From: an uncultured Alphaproteobacteria bacterium
GTDB taxonomy: Bacteria; Pseudomonadota; Alphaproteobacteria; Rhizobiales; Hyphomicrobiaceae
Direction of reading: 5' to 3'
DNA: 64,000 nucleotides
NCBI GenBank assembly: GCA_963831345.1
Contig: CAWHPZ010000039.1
Coordinates: 33,118-97,117 of the forward strand
In this document: positions 1-12,121 of the stretch, one piece after another
How the letters are laid out: the number at the start of each line of letters is the position of its first letter
Position numbering within the stretch: the stretch's first letter is position 1
Translations under genes and position numbers: made by a program
Notes under the pieces: generated by a model
Told to the model about the DNA's origin: nothing
The model's input: the letters and a program-made list of their open reading frames with translations, nothing else
Databases searched by the model: none

Positions 1-165
1 CAGCCGGTGGACCTCGTGTTCCTGCTGCTACTGCCGGCCTCGTCGCAGCTCGATCAGCTCAACGCGCTCGCGGCCGTGGCCCGGAAACTGCGCGATCCGG
101 ATACGCTTAGGGGCCTCAGGGCCGCGACAAGTGCGACGGCGCTCTATCGGGCCATCGCGGAGTGA
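1..165 (+). CDS. ptsN: PTS IIA-like nitrogen regulatory protein, C-terminal part (5' truncated by window)
   Basis: Frame 1 reads QPVDLVFLLLLP...LAAVARKLRDPD...LYRAIAE*, typical PTS IIA C-terminus; stop TGA 163-165. Confidence 0.75.
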   Translation, partial: QPVDLVFLLLLPASSQLDQLNALAAVARKLRDPDTLRGLRAATSATALYRAIAE

Positions 166-271
166 GATTACGGCCGTTTAATGGGGTCACCAATTCGTGA
201 GCCTTGCGAAACCGGGTTAGGATGCCGACCGTATATGGCATCAGATAATGCCTAACCCGAGAGGCTCAGCC

Positions 272-1220
272 GTGTTGATCCGCAAGCCGTCCGATATTCC
301 CTCCTCGGAAATCACGCCCTTCGACGTGTATCTGCGCCGGCGCGAGTTTCTGGCCGGCGCCCTGACGCTCGGCGCGCTAGCGGCCCTGCCGGGCAGCGTC
401 TCGGCGGCGGCGCTCAACGCGGTCAAAAGCCCGCTTTCGACGACCGATGAGAAGGTTACGAAGCAGTCGGACGCGACCACGTACAACAACTTCTACGAGT
501 TCGGGGTCAACAAGTCCGATCCCGCCGCCAACGCCGGCTCGCTCAAGACCTCGCCGTGGACCGTCAAGGTCGACGGCCTCGTCGGCAAGCCGGGCGACTA
601 TACGCTCGAAGACATTCTGAAGCCGGTGACGCTCGAGGAGCGCATCTATCGCCTGCGCTGCGTCGAGGGCTGGTCGATGGTCATTCCGTGGATCGGCTTC
701 CCGCTGGCGAGCCTGCTCGCCCGTGTCGAGCCGCAGGGCAGCGCCAAGTACGTCGCCTTCGAAACGCTGGTGCGCCCGTCCGAGATGCCGGGGCAGAGCG
801 GTCTGTTCCAGCCGCTCGACTGGCCCTACCGGGAAGGTCTGCGCCTGGACGAAGCCATGCATCCGCTGACCATCCTCGCCACCGGCATGTACGGCGAGAC
901 GCTGCCGAACCAGAACGGCGCGCCGCTGCGGCTGGTCGTGCCGTGGAAGTACGGCTTCAAGAGCATCAAGTCGATCGTGCGCATTTCGCTGGTCGAGAAG
1001 CAGCCCGAGACGAGCTGGAAACTGCAGGCCGAGAGCGAGTACGGCTTCTATTCGAACGTCAATCCCGAGGTGGATCATCCGCGCTGGAGCCAGGCGACCG
1101 AGCGGCGCATCGGCGAAGGCGGCCTGTTCGCCAAGCGCCGGCCGACGCTTGATGTTCAACGGCTACGGCGACCAGGTGGCCCAGCTCTATTCGGGCATGG
1201 ACCTCAAAGCGAACTATTGA
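272..1220 (+). CDS. msrP: Protein-methionine-sulfoxide reductase catalytic subunit (molybdoenzyme); one frameshift near 1150
   Basis: Tat signal RRREFL; [36 protein letters not shown] motifs; true C-terminus [22 protein letters not shown] in shifted frame. Confidence 0.95.
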
Positions 1221-1222
1221 TC

Positions 1223-1879
1223 ATGATCGTGCAATCCAGAAAGAGCGGCCGGCACCCCTTCGTGCGCTTCCTTCAGGAGCGCCGCTGGTGGCTCTATGCC
1301 ATCGGCCTCGTGCCGGCGGTGTGGACCTTCTATCTGGGTCTCAACGATCAGCTCGGCGCCGATCCGATGAAGACGCTCGAGCGCACGCTCGGCCTCTGGG
1401 CGCTGCGCTTTCTCATTATCGGCCTCGCCATCACGCCGCTGCGGCGCATCGGCGGGCCGAACCTGATCCGCTACCGCCGCGCCATCGGATTGCTGGCGTT
1501 CTACTACGCGGCGCTGCATGTCACCGTTTACGCTGGGCTCGATCAGGGGCTGGACTTGGCCGCCATCTGGCAAGGACATCATCAAGCGGCCCTACATCAC
1601 GATCGGCATGCTGGCGTTCCTCATTCTCATTCCGCTGGCGGTGACGTCGAATGCGACCATGATCAAGAAGCTCGGCGGCGCGGCGTGGCAGCGGCTGCAT
1701 CGCTGGGTCTATCTTGCGGCGGCCGCGGCGGCGCTCCATTTCATCATGCTGGTGAAGTCCTGGCCGGCGGAGCCGATCATCTACGCCGCGATTGTCGCGG
1801 CACTGCTGCTGTTCCGCGCGGCCGACCGGCTGCCCGGCCTAACTCAAAAACGGCAGCGCGTGGGGCGCTGGCCGAATAG
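1223..1879 (+). CDS. msrQ: Heme-binding membrane subunit of MsrPQ; frameshift near 1570, 3' end approximate
   Basis: [23 protein letters not shown], then [11 protein letters not shown] and WQRLHRWVY in second frame; directly after msrP. Confidence 0.9.
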   Translation: MIVQSRKSGRHPFVRFLQERRWWLYAIGLVPAVWTFYLGLNDQLGADPMKTLERTLGLWALRFLIIGLAITPLRRIGGPNLIRYRRAIGLLAFYYAALHVTVYAGLDQGLDLAAIWQGHHQAALHHDRHAGVPHSHSAGGDVECDHDQEARRRGVAAAASLGLSCGGRGGAPFHHAGEVLAGGADHLRRDCRGTAAVPRGRPAARPNSKTAARGALAE

Positions 1880-1894
1880 GGAGGAACACTTGCC

Positions 1895-2278
1895 ATGGAT
1901 CAGAACGAAGAAGACGTCTGGCGCAGCAAGCTGACGCCCGAGCAGTATCGCATCCTGCGCGAGAAGGGCACCGAGCGGCCGTTCACCGGCGAATATCTGA
2001 ACTCGGATGCCGACGGCAAATTCGCCTGCGCGGCGTGCGGCAACAAGCTGTTCGATTCGGACACCAAGTTCGACTCGGGCACCGGCTGGCCGTCCTTCGA
2101 TCAGGCCCTGCCCGGCGCGATCGCCTATCATCGCGATGCCACTCACGGCATGGTGCGCACCGAGGTGACATGCGCGAAATGCGGCTCGCACCTGGGTCAC
2201 GTGTTCGACGACGGCCCGACCGGGACCGGCAAGCGCTATTGCATCAACTCGGTCTGCCTCAAGCTCGAAGAGGAATAG
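1895..2278 (+). CDS. msrB: Peptide-methionine (R)-S-oxide reductase
   Basis: [18 protein letters not shown] zinc pairs, [21 protein letters not shown]. Confidence 0.97.
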   Translation: MDQNEEDVWRSKLTPEQYRILREKGTERPFTGEYLNSDADGKFACAACGNKLFDSDTKFDSGTGWPSFDQALPGAIAYHRDATHGMVRTEVTCAKCGSHLGHVFDDGPTGTGKRYCINSVCLKLEEE

Positions 2279-2524
2279 GCTGCACCGGCGGTCAGTTCCG
2301 GCGAGGGCAAGGTTGCGGGCCGCTCCTCCGCCAGCTTCAGGTTTCATCAGCAGGTCGCCAGGGCGCCGCAGCCCCGGCGGCCACTTTTGTGTCCGGCGAG
2401 CTTGATGCTCGGCCCGCCTCCCTGTATGACCGATCTGCTTTAAGCGCGGACCGGGGTCGAACCACGAGGTCAGCGTTCAAAAGCAAGCACGATGAGCGGC
2501 TTAGGCCGCCATGCTTCAGAAAGC

Positions 2525-2599
2525 GCCGGCTTAGCACAGTGGTAGTGCAGCGGTTTTGTAAACCGAAGGTCGGGAGTTCAAATCTCTCAGCCGGCACCA
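2525..2599 (+). tRNA. tRNA-Thr (anticodon TGT)
   Basis: GCCGGCT acceptor stem pairs with AGCCGGC, anticodon loop TTTGTAA, T-loop GTTCAAATC, encoded CCA end. Confidence 0.95.
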
Positions 2600-2645
2600 T
2601 ATCTCACCCATGTCCCTCTCCATGCCGCCTCCCCACGACCGCCGA

Positions 2646-3509
2646 ATGGCCCCGCAGATTCTCGATGGCGCCGGCGCGCTCCTGAGCCGTTACGACGTGA
2701 TTTTCTGCGACGTGTGGGGCGTTCTGCACGACGGATTCAAGGCTTATGAGAGCGCCGGGGCAGCGCTGACGCGTTTCCGCAGGGGCGGAGGCACGGTCAT
2801 TCTGGTTTCCAATGCGCCGGTGCCGCGCCATCGCGTGCTTTCGATGCTGGATTCGCGCGGCGTCGCCAGGTCGGCCTTCGACCACATCGTTTCATCCGGT
2901 GAGCTGGCGCTCGCCCATCTCGACGACAAGGGCTACCAGCGCGCCTACTACATCGGCCCACGCGATCGAGACGCGGCCTTCTTCGAGCGCTCGACGGCGA
3001 CGCCGGCCGAGATGGCGGACGCCGAAGCCCTTGTATGCACCGGCCTCAACGACGACCGCACCGAGAGCGCCGCAACTTATGTGCCGATCCTCGAGGCGGC
3101 ACTGGCGCGGAAGCTGCCGTTCGTGTGCGCGAACCCGGATCTGGTCGTCGATGTCGGCGGACGGCTTTACCTGTGTGCTGGCGCGCTGGCGGACGTCTAC
3201 GAGCGCATGGGCGGAGACGTTTATTGGGCCGGGAAGCCATACCCCGCCGCCTATGAGAGCGCGCGGGCGGCAGCCCAGGACATTCGCGGGGCGGACGTGC
3301 CGCATGGGCGAATCCTGGCCGTCGGGGACGCGCTGCGCACGGACCTCGCCGGTGCGGCGGCTGCCGGCATAGACGCCATCTTCATCACGGGCGGCATCCA
3401 TCGAGACGACACCATGGATGGGCCGCTCATCTCGGTGCCGAAGCTCGAGAAACTGTTTGCCGACGGCGCGCCGCCCGCGATTGCAGCCATGCCGGTTCTG
3501 AGCTGGTAG
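2646..3509 (+). CDS. HAD-superfamily class IIA hydrolase (TIGR01459-like)
   Basis: FCDVWGVLHDG motif I, CANPD, GKPY, VGDALRTD. Confidence 0.9.
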   Translation: MAPQILDGAGALLSRYDVIFCDVWGVLHDGFKAYESAGAALTRFRRGGGTVILVSNAPVPRHRVLSMLDSRGVARSAFDHIVSSGELALAHLDDKGYQRAYYIGPRDRDAAFFERSTATPAEMADAEALVCTGLNDDRTESAATYVPILEAALARKLPFVCANPDLVVDVGGRLYLCAGALADVYERMGGDVYWAGKPYPAAYESARAAAQDIRGADVPHGRILAVGDALRTDLAGAAAAGIDAIFITGGIHRDDTMDGPLISVPKLEKLFADGAPPAIAAMPVLSW

Positions 3510-3521
3510 AGGCGCCTAGCC

Positions 3522-4157
3522 TCAAATCTTGTGCGACATGCGCCGGCGCTTGGTTTCCAAGTAGCGCTCGTTATGCTCACTCGGCGTCACGACGAGCGAA
3601 ACCTGCTCGACGACCTCGATGCCCTCGGCCTTCAAGGCATCCATCTTGGCCGGATTGTTGGTCATGAGACGGATCTTGGAGAAGCCGAGATCCTGCAGGA
3701 TCTCGCCCGCGAGCTCGTATTCGCGCGCATCGATGGGCTCGCCAAGCTCGATATTGGCATCGACAGTGTCGAGGCCCTGATCCTGCAGCGCATAGGCCTT
3801 GATCTTGTTGAACAGGCCGATGCCGCGCCCTTCCTGATAGGGCAAATAGATCAGCACGCCGTTTGGCGTCTTGGAGATGCGGTCGAGAGCACATTCGAGC
3901 TGAGCGCGGCAATCGCACCTCAGTGAATGGAAAATATCGCCGGTGACGCAGCCGGAATGCACGCGTACGAGCGGAATTTCCGCCGCCGCCGCGCCCTCGC
4001 CACGATTGATGAGTGCCATGGCCTGCATCTGCTCGTCCTTGCCCTGATAGGCGCGCGCCTCGAGCTTCAGCTCTCGACCCTTGAAGTCGATGGGCAGAAC
4101 GGTGCGTGCCGACCTGTCGAGGTCGAGCTTTGTCAATTTGGCGACGCCAGACGGCAT
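3522..4157 (-). CDS. ribA: GTP cyclohydrolase II
   Basis: VRVHSGCVTGD, RCDC, QEGRGIGL, KIKAYALQD, LMTNNPAK; GGAGA RBS before ATG 4157. Confidence 0.92.
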   Translation of the reverse strand: MPSGVAKLTKLDLDRSARTVLPIDFKGRELKLEARAYQGKDEQMQAMALINRGEGAAAAEIPLVRVHSGCVTGDIFHSLRCDCRAQLECALDRISKTPNGVLIYLPYQEGRGIGLFNKIKAYALQDQGLDTVDANIELGEPIDAREYELAGEILQDLGFSKIRLMTNNPAKMDALKAEGIEVVEQVSLVVTPSEHNERYLETKRRRMSHKI

Positions 4158-4379
4158 CAGTTTCTCCAAGTGTCTTCCCAAGCCGGGGCGGGATCGATCC
4201 CGGCATATGTGTGGATAAGGCGCAGAACGTCAAATGGCCCCGCCATCATGGCTGCCTAGCGCCTCGCGCATGGACAAGATGTAGCACAGGGACGCAGAAC
4301 CGAGATGCGAATTGGACGCCGCCCCCATGGCACGTATACCTTGGCGGATAACCCTCCAATGGCCGGAGTCGCGCCGCGG

Positions 4380-6594
4380 ATGCATCGTGTTCCCCCTCTT
4401 CTATTAAGCTTATTAGTCCTTTTCGCCGCACCAGCTCATTCCACCCCCTCACTCCAGCCACAACCGGGCGTGGCGAAAACGGATGTCCTCGGCATCGAGG
4501 CGAAGATCGACGGCCTCCTCGAGCGCATGACGCTCGAGGAGAAGATCGGCCAGCTCAACTTCCCCTCCTACGCCTTCCCGAGCGAAACGCAGGTGGAGGA
4601 CGTGAAGAAGGGCCGTATCGGGGCCATGCTGAATGTGGCGCACCCGGATCACGTGGCAAAGTTCAAGGCTGCGGTGGCTGAATCGCGCCTCAAGATCCCG
4701 ATGCTGTTCGCCATCGATTCCATCTACGCCTTCCACATCTCCTTCCCGACTCCCATCGCCTGGGCCGCGACGTGGCGGCCGGCGCTGGCGGAGGCGGCGG
4801 CCGAAGCCATCGCCCGCGAGACGTCGGCCATCGGCATCAATCTCACGTTCGCACCCATGGTCGACATCTCGCGCGACCCCCGCTGGGGGCGCGTGATCGA
4901 GGGGGCGGGCGAGGATGCGTTTCTCGGCGCGGCTTTCTCGGCAGCCCGCGTGCGCGGCTACCGCAAGGGCGGGCTCGCGACGTCGGCCAAGCATTTCGTC
5001 GGCTACGGCGCGCGGCGAGGGCGGCCGTGACTACAACGGAGCGCAAATCTCGCTCGCCGAGCTGCACGACCGCTATCTGCCGCCGTTCCGCGCCGCGATC
5101 GAGGCCGGGACGGAGACGGTCATGGCGTCGTTCAATACGGTCAACGGCGTGCCGGTGACGGCGAACCGCAGCCTCATCACGGGTGTGCTCAAGGACGAGC
5201 TCGGCTTCGACGGCATCGTCATGTCCGACTTCGCGGCCATCACGGAGCTGATGAACCATGGAGTCGCCGTCGACCTCGGCGAAGCCGCGCGCAAGGCGAT
5301 CCTTGCCGGCATCGATCTCGACATGGAAGGAAAGGCCTACGCCAAGCACCTCGCGGACGAAGTGCAAGCAGGGCGTGTTCCGCTTGCAGCCGTCGACGCA
5401 GCGGTCCGGCGCGTCCTGCGCGTCAAGATGCGCATGGGGCTGTTCGACGAGCCAAGCAAAGCGGTGAGGATGCAGAAGCTCGGCCTCAGCGAAACCGCCG
5501 TGCGCGAGCGTGCGCGCGAGGTGGCGCGGGAGAGCTTCGTTCTGCTCAAGAACGGCGGGGCGACGCTTCCCGTGACCAAGGCCGTGAAGACCATCGCTCT
5601 CATCGGCTCGGCCGCAATGGCCACAGCCGATCACTCCTGGTACGGGCCGGCTGGCCTGACCAAGCCCGAGACCGAGACGCTGCGTGACGCGCTCGAGCAG
5701 CGTCTTTTGCCGGGGCAGAAGCTCATCTACGCGGCTGCCTTTGCGGACCCTTGCGGCAAGGCATTCGAGGACAAGCCCGGGGCCATCAAGGCTGCGCGGG
5801 AGGCCGATCTCGTCATCTACATCGTCGCCGAGGATTGCGAGATGTCGGGCGAAGGCGTGTCGCGCACCAACCTCGGGCTCTCCGGCGTGCAGCAGGAGCT
5901 GCTAGAGGCCCTGGCCGGCGTCGGCCGGCCCATCGCCCTCGTGGTCGAGACCGGGCGGCCGCTCACTCTCGGCTATGCCAACGAGAACGCCAGCGCCATT
6001 CTGATTGCTTGGCACGGCGGCACGGAGGGGCGCACGGCGCTCGCCGAAGTGCTGATGGGCGAGGTCTCTCCCTCCGGCAAGCTGCCGATGACGTTCCCGC
6101 GCTCGGTCGGGCAGATCCCCATTTCCTACAACGATCTGCCGACGAGCCGTCCAGCCAAGGGGAACCGCTTCACGACAGGCTACGTGGACGAGGAGGCGAC
6201 GCCGCTGTTTCCGTTCGGGTTCGGCCTTTCGTACACGACGTTCGCCTATTCCGATCTCAAGGTCAGCAAGCCGGCGATGTCTCGCGACGGCGAGGTCGAA
6301 GTCTCGGTGCGCGTGACAAATACCGGCAAGCGCGACGGGATGGAGGTCGTGCAGCTTTACACGCACCAGCACGTAGGCTCGCGTTCGCGGCCGCTGCGCG
6401 AGCTCAAGGGCTTCGAGAAGATCAAGCTCGGAGCCGGCGATCGCAAGACCGTCCGCTTCCGCCTCAAGGCGTCGGACCTCGCGTTTCATGACGACGCGGG
6501 CAAGGCTCTGATCGAGCCCGGCACGTTCAGCGTGTTCGTCGGCGGCAGCTCGACGGCCGACCTCACCGGAACGTTCGAGATCGCGGCCAAATAA
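4380..6594 (+). CDS. bglX: Periplasmic GH3 beta-glucosidase; frameshift near 5012
   Basis: Signal peptide, MTLEEKIGQL, RDPRWGRV, KHFVGYG, nucleophile context VMSDF, PLFPFGFGLSYT, C-terminal Fn3-like domain. Confidence 0.9.
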
Positions 6595-6623
6595 TCGTTG
6601 CGGTCGTCGTTTGGAAGGCAATC

Positions 6624-7316
6624 TCAGGATTCGGAGCCCTCGAGGCGGCTCTGCCAGCTTTCGACGCTCCTCGACTTGATGCGTCTCTCGGCAAGGCGGC
6701 GCCAACCGTCGGCAAGCTCTGGCAACTGCGCAAGGGCAGCGAGTTCGTCAAACGCCAGCGTTCGCTCGTAGAGGAGCGCAGTGATGCGCGAGAGCGGCCA
6801 TTCGGGGTGCAGCCGGTCGAGTTGTTTCAGGCCGTCTCCAGGCACGATGCGGCCCGGCTCGACAACACGATAGTACCAGCCTGTCCGCCCCGTTTTCTGC
6901 ACGCGTACCGCCATGTCCTCGATGCCGAAGCGGGCATTCAGCTTCCAGCAGGGCTGGCGGCCCTGGGCGATCTGCAGCGTGACGCCGCCGACGCGAAAGA
7001 TATCGCCGATACATACATCGGCTTCAGTCAGCCCGATGGTCGAAATGTTTTCACCGAAGGCCGGCACCTCGGCGAGCGTTTCGGCCAGGATCGGTAGCTC
7101 GCGCGCCCAACTCGCATAGTGATCTTGCGGGTAATGATGGAGGGCCTTCTCCAAACCTCCGTGATTGACACGATCGCCCTGCGCGTCACCTACCAGCCCC
7201 TCGGCCGTGACGATCCACGGCCCTTCAATCGGCCGCTTACGAATGGCGCTCAGAGCGCCGCGGGGCCCGAGAGGGGCGGGCGCTCCAGCAAAGAGCTTGT
7301 CGATTACAATCTGCAT
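6624..7316 (-). CDS. MOSC domain protein (YiiM-like)
   Basis: SAIRK, HGGLEKA, FGENIST, GRQPCWKL, GRTGWYYRV, C-terminal 3-alpha region. Confidence 0.9.
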   Translation of the reverse strand: MQIVIDKLFAGAPAPLGPRGALSAIRKRPIEGPWIVTAEGLVGDAQGDRVNHGGLEKALHHYPQDHYASWARELPILAETLAEVPAFGENISTIGLTEADVCIGDIFRVGGVTLQIAQGRQPCWKLNARFGIEDMAVRVQKTGRTGWYYRVVEPGRIVPGDGLKQLDRLHPEWPLSRITALLYERTLAFDELAALAQLPELADGWRRLAERRIKSRSVESWQSRLEGSES

Positions 7317-7334
7317 CCGGTTCCCTCGAAGGCC

Positions 7335-7894
7335 TCAAGTCCGAACACGGCCAGCGTCACCGCCGATTGGGAAGAAGCGCTTTCTGCACGCCATGCGCCG
7401 CGAGTTTCGGACGCTGGCTCGTGAGATGCGGGAGTTGACGCCGGCCCAGCCGATCTCGCCGGACAGCCGTCCGTACTCGATCTTGGGGCAGCGGTTCATG
7501 ACGACGTGCAGGCCGGCGGCCTCGGCCTCGGCGGCCGCCACGTCGTTGCGCACGCCGAGCTGCATCCAGAGGCACCTTGAGGCCGAGCTTGTCCTTGAGC
7601 GCGATGGCCTCGCGGACGATCACCGAGAGCGCGCGTCCGCATTGCGGAAGATATCGACGACATCGACCGGGCCCGGCACGTCGGCCAGGCGCGCGTAGAC
7701 CTTCTGGCCGAGGAGCTTCTGGCCGGCGAGCCCCGGGTTGACCGGGATGGACCGCGTAGCCCTTGCCGAGCAGATACTTCATGGCGAAGTAGCTCGGCCG
7801 GCTCGTAGTTGGCCGAGGCGCCGACGAAGGCGAAGACGCGCGCGTCGCGCAGGATGTCGGCGATGTAGTCGTCGCTGTAGCTGTCGTGGTTCAT
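7335..7894 (-). CDS. CoA-binding protein (YccU-like); several frameshifts
   Basis: [54 protein letters not shown] spread over three frames. Confidence 0.85.
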
Positions 7895-8352
7895 CGGTCG
7901 CGGCGGTCTGCGGGCTGAGCTCACGGATTAGTCGAGGAGCGTCACGCGGCCCTCGGCATCGAGCGGGAAACCGGGGTTGTGCGCGACTTCCCACAAGTGG
8001 CCGTCGGGATCGGCGAAGTAGCCGGAATAGCCGCCCCAGAAGGCGCGCTCCGCCGGCTTGACGATGCGGCCGCCGGCGGCTTCCGCTTCGGCAAGCACGC
8101 TGTCGGCCTCGGCTTCGCTGCTGACATTGTGCGCGAGCGCGACGCCGGAGAAGCCCGAGCCCGCGGCGTCGAGCTGGCATCCTCGGCCAGCGCCTCGCGC
8201 CCGTACAGGGCGAGCACGATGCCGCCGGCATCGAAGAAGACCACATTGGGATTGCTGGCGCTCGAGGCCTTGAAGCCGAGCTTGTCGTAGAAGGCGCGCG
8301 CACGCGCGATATCGGCAACGCCGAGCGTGACGAAGCTCACCCGGGGCTGCAT
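7891..8352 (-). CDS. VOC/glyoxalase family protein; frameshifted
   Basis: MQPRVSFVTLGVADIARARAFY; FWGGYSGYFADPDGHLWEVAHNP in another frame. Confidence 0.88.
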
Positions 8353-8356
8353 GCCC

Positions 8357-9199
8357 TCAACACCCTTTCCAGGTGGGCGTGCGCTTCTCGAGGAAGGCGC
8401 CGATGCCCTCCTCCGCGTCCGCGCGCCATCATGTTCTCGACCATGACCTGCGAGGCATAGTCGTAGGCTTCGGCCAGCGGCTGCTCGAGCTGGCGGTAGA
8501 ACGCCTGCCTTGCCGATGGCGACGGTGACGCGGCGACTTGGACGCGATCTGGCGCGCCATGGCCAAGGCTTCGTCGAGCACCGCGTCCGGCGCGGCGACC
8601 CGATTGACGAGACCGTACTCGACTGCCGTCTCGGCGGACAGCATCTCGCCGAGCAGCAGCATCTCCATGGCGCGCTTGCGCGACACGTTGCGCGACAGCG
8701 CCACCATGGGCGTCGAGCAGAAGAGGCCGATGTTGACGCCCGGCGTCGCGAACTTGGCTTCGCTCGAGGCGACGGCGAGATCGCAGCTGGCGACGAGCTG
8801 GCAGCCGGCCGCCGTGGCGATGCCCTGCACGGCGGCGATCACGGGCTTGGGGCTCGCGACGATGGACTGCATCAGCGCGGAGCAGGCCTGCATCGTGGCT
8901 AGGTAGAAGGCCTTGCCGCCATCCGCGTCGGCGCGGTGCGCGGAAAGCTCCTTGAGATCGTGGCCGGCGGAGAAAGCCGGGCCAGCAGCCGCCAGCACGA
9001 TCGCCTTGATCGACGGATCACGCTCGGCAGCGCGCAAGGCGCCGTCGAGCGCCGCGATCATGGCGCGCGACAGCGCGTTGCGGGACGCAGGCTTATTGAG
9101 AGTGAGGAGTGCGACCCCTGCCTCAGGCACGCTCGTGAGTACCGCTTCGGGCGCGGCCGGCTGCTCGACGTGTCCGGCCGTTTTCGTGGCGGTGCTCAC
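8357..9199 (-). CDS. Enoyl-CoA hydratase/isomerase family protein; frameshifts near the 3' end
   Basis: FSAGHDL, ATAAGCQLVASCDL, TPGVNIGLFCSTP; C-terminus EEGIGAFLEKRTPTW. Confidence 0.9.
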
Positions 9200-9244
9200 A
9201 AGCGTCTCCTTTCGGCCGTTTCCTTTCGGCTCGGGCGATGCGGC

Positions 9245-9800
9245 TCAGGGCGCCGGCGCGCTTTCGCCGGTCTCCTCGGGAATGAGCTTCTCGAGCTCGG
9301 CGATGTGCTTCTTTACGACGTCAATGTTGCCTTTGTATTTCAGCGGCTGGGCGGAGGCGATTTCCTGGGTCAGGTCGTCGACGGCGAGCTTCTTGTCCTC
9401 AGCCGGAATGCTCGCGTCGGCCTTGATCTCCTCAAGCTCCTTTTTCATTTTCTCAGCGGGGTCGGTGTAGCTGCCGCTCGTCGCGGTCGAGACCATCGAG
9501 CACGATGGTGATGTTGGCTCCCACGTCCTCGAACTCGGCGAAATCGGCAAAGCCGTTCTTCTTGGCGATGTCCTCGAGCTGCGTCGTCAGAGATGCATCA
9601 GGCTTGTCGCCGCCTTCGGCAAGCTTGCTGGACAGCGGCGCGAAATCCTTCTGTGCGGTAATGAACGAGGTCACGAGCTTGTCGTTGAGCTCGATCTGCT
9701 TCAGATCCTGAGCCTGCGCCGTGGCGCCGAGCGCCCACAGCCCGAGGCCCGCGCAAACAACACCAGCGAGCGTCGCGACCCGCGTGATCAAAGTGCCCAT
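9245..9800 (-). CDS. Conserved secreted hypothetical protein; frameshift near 9475
   Basis: Signal peptide ending AQA, helical domain split over ORFs 9453-9800 and 9245-9550. Confidence 0.7.
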
Positions 9801-10291
9801 TCGTCATCTCCTGCGTTCATCAGTGTGATTATCGTATGATTGTCACTCAACCGCGGCGTGATTCCGTGCTCACCCAACAGCACAACTGAGACGGATATAA
9901 GAACGCATTCCGTCGTTGGGCCTCACCGGTCGCAACCCTCAGGGAGCCGGACCACAACACCGTTCCGCCCCTCGTGTTCCCCATCTTCGGCCCGGCGCGG
10001 CTGGCAATTGGGCTACACCCCGGCATCTTCGGCCGCAAGCGGCTGCGCTCGGTTCAGACGCAAGAAAATAAGGGAGCCGCCCCAGAGCGAAGTCATCATG
10101 CGGTATCTTGATACCACATAGGCGGTATTATTTTACCTACTTCACTATCGTGCTGTTTTTGCTATATTTATTCCACGCGCTTCGCATTTGTTTGACTTGA
10201 TTCCGGACTTCGATTAGACACCGCGCTTCGGAGCGGTTCCGTACGTGTCCAGTCGGTCCGCACAGCACATAACGGGCAGGAGCGCTGCCGC

Positions 10292-10753
10292 ATGAAATCT
10301 TTCGTCGCCAAGCCTGGCGAAGTGAATAAGAAATGGATCCTGATCGACGCCGAAGGTCTCGTCGTCGGTCGTCTGGCCTCTCTTATCGCTTTGCGCCTCA
10401 AGGGCAAGCACAAGGCTCTGTACACGCCGCATGTCGATTGCGGCGACAATATCATCGTCGTCAACGCTGAGAAGGCCGTTTTCACCGGCAAGAAGTACGA
10501 CGACAAGATCTACTATCGCCACACCGGCTACCCGGGCGGCATCAAGGCCACCACGCCAAAGCGCATTATCGAAGGCCGCTTCCCCGAGCGCGTCATCGAG
10601 CTTGCCGTCGAGCGCATGCTGAGGCGCGGCCCGCTTCAGCGCCAATTGCTCCGCAATCTCAAGGTTTACAAGGGCGCCGAGCATCCGCATCAGGCGCAGA
10701 CGCCGGAGAAGCTCGACATCGCCGGTCTCAATCGCAAGAACTCGAGGGCATGA
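10292..10753 (+). CDS. rplM: 50S ribosomal protein L13
   Basis: [40 protein letters not shown]. Confidence 0.99.
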   Translation: MKSFVAKPGEVNKKWILIDAEGLVVGRLASLIALRLKGKHKALYTPHVDCGDNIIVVNAEKAVFTGKKYDDKIYYRHTGYPGGIKATTPKRIIEGRFPERVIELAVERMLRRGPLQRQLLRNLKVYKGAEHPHQAQTPEKLDIAGLNRKNSRA

Positions 10754-10758
10754 CATCC

Positions 10759-11247
10759 ATGGCACAGGAAACCAAAACCCTCGACGATCTCGGCTCGCTC
10801 AAAGGCTCGACGCCCGCCGCCGCTCCGGACGCTCCGGTGTACGTGCAGAAGCTCGATAAGTTCGGCCGCGCCTATGCCACCGGCAAGCGCAAGGACGCGG
10901 TCGCCCGCGTCTGGATCAAGCCCGGCAAGGGCGTGATCACGGTCAACAAGAAGGACTTCAAGGCGTATTTCGCACGTCCCGTGCTGCAGATGCTGCTGCA
11001 GCAGCCCTTGAACGCGGCCAACCGCGCCTCGCAGTTCGACATCATCGTGACGGTCGCCGGCGGCGGCCTCTCGGGTCAGGCTGGCGCCGTCCGTCACGGC
11101 ATCTCCAAGGCTCTCACCTATTACGAGCCGGAGCTGCGCGGCGTACTCAAGAAGGGCGGCTTCCTCACCCGCGACAGCCGTACCGTCGAGCGCAAGAAGT
11201 ACGGCCGCATGAAGGCTCGCCGCAGCTTCCAGTTCTCGAAGCGCTAA
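10759..11247 (+). CDS. rpsI: 30S ribosomal protein S9
   Basis: [34 protein letters not shown]. Confidence 0.99.
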   Translation: MAQETKTLDDLGSLKGSTPAAAPDAPVYVQKLDKFGRAYATGKRKDAVARVWIKPGKGVITVNKKDFKAYFARPVLQMLLQQPLNAANRASQFDIIVTVAGGGLSGQAGAVRHGISKALTYYEPELRGVLKKGGFLTRDSRTVERKKYGRMKARRSFQFSKR

Positions 11248-11276
11248 ATAAGCCTCTACCTTTACGGATATTCTTG

Positions 11277-11310
11277 CAACGGCCCGCCCTGGCGGGCCGT
11301 TGTTTTTTTT
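11277..11310 (+). terminator. Rho-independent terminator after rpsI
   Basis: CAACGGCCCGCC-CT-GGCGGGCCGTTG hairpin followed by T run. Confidence 0.9.
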
Positions 11311-11391
11311 CTAAATATGGTGTTGTTCATCGCTGCGCCGGATGGGGGACACCATTTCTGGCGGCACTGCCCAACCCGGAGAGGCATTTTG

Positions 11392-12117
11392 ATGCTCGAA
11401 GCGCTGTTGACCGAGATCGGCCACCTCACAAGTCCCGAATGGTGGCAGCAGAATGCCGTTCCGCTTTTCAACATCCTGATCATCGATCTGACGCTCGCCG
11501 GAGACAATGCGATCGTCGTCGGCATGGCGGCCTCGCGTGTCCATCCATCCATGCGCGCCAAGGTCATCTTCTGGGGCATTGCCGGCGCGGTCATCCTTCG
11601 GATCCTGTTCTCCAGCATCGCGCAGCAGATGCTGCAGGTCATCGGGCTTACGCTCGCGGGCGGTTTGCTGCTCCTGTTCGTGTGCTGGAAGATGTATCGT
11701 CAGATCATCGACGGCGACGAGCACTCCATCGATGAGATCGAAGGTCAGCTCGCCTCGAAGACTACTCCCCATAACGAGGCCACCTTCTGGTCGGCGCTGT
11801 GGACGATCATCATCGCCGACCTCTCGATGTCGCTCGACAACGTTCTGGCCGTCGCAGGTGCCGCCGGCGAATCGACGCTCGTGCTTGTTATCGGCCTCGC
11901 GATCGCCATCATACTGATGGCCGTGGCATCGACTTACATCGCCAAGCTGCTTGCGCAGTACCCGTGGATCGCCTGGATCGGCCTGATCATCATTCTCTAT
12001 GTCGCCCTCGACATGATCTATCGCGACAGCCACAATATCGTCTGCGCCGCCTATGGCGTTGGCTGCTCGGAGACGATCTTCCAGGGCATCCTGCATCGCC
12101 TGGGGATCGGCGGATAG
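11392..12117 (+). CDS. TerC family (YjbE-like) membrane protein
   Basis: [13 protein letters not shown] and [13 protein letters not shown] motifs. Confidence 0.92.
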   Translation: MLEALLTEIGHLTSPEWWQQNAVPLFNILIIDLTLAGDNAIVVGMAASRVHPSMRAKVIFWGIAGAVILRILFSSIAQQMLQVIGLTLAGGLLLLFVCWKMYRQIIDGDEHSIDEIEGQLASKTTPHNEATFWSALWTIIIADLSMSLDNVLAVAGAAGESTLVLVIGLAIAIILMAVASTYIAKLLAQYPWIAWIGLIIILYVALDMIYRDSHNIVCAAYGVGCSETIFQGILHRLGIGG

Positions 12118-12121
12118 CGGC

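Noticed and set aside
248-1879. Apparent 543-aa MsrP-MsrQ fusion
   Set aside because: One extra base near 1150 joins the frames; the normal MsrP C-terminus, its stop and the msrQ start are all present
2525-2599. tRNA-Thr as an integration site
   Set aside because: No integrase nearby and no duplicated tRNA 3' end noticed in the window
11311-11391. yybP-ykoY riboswitch before the TerC gene
   Set aside because: Leader is short and lacks the recognisable conserved motifs
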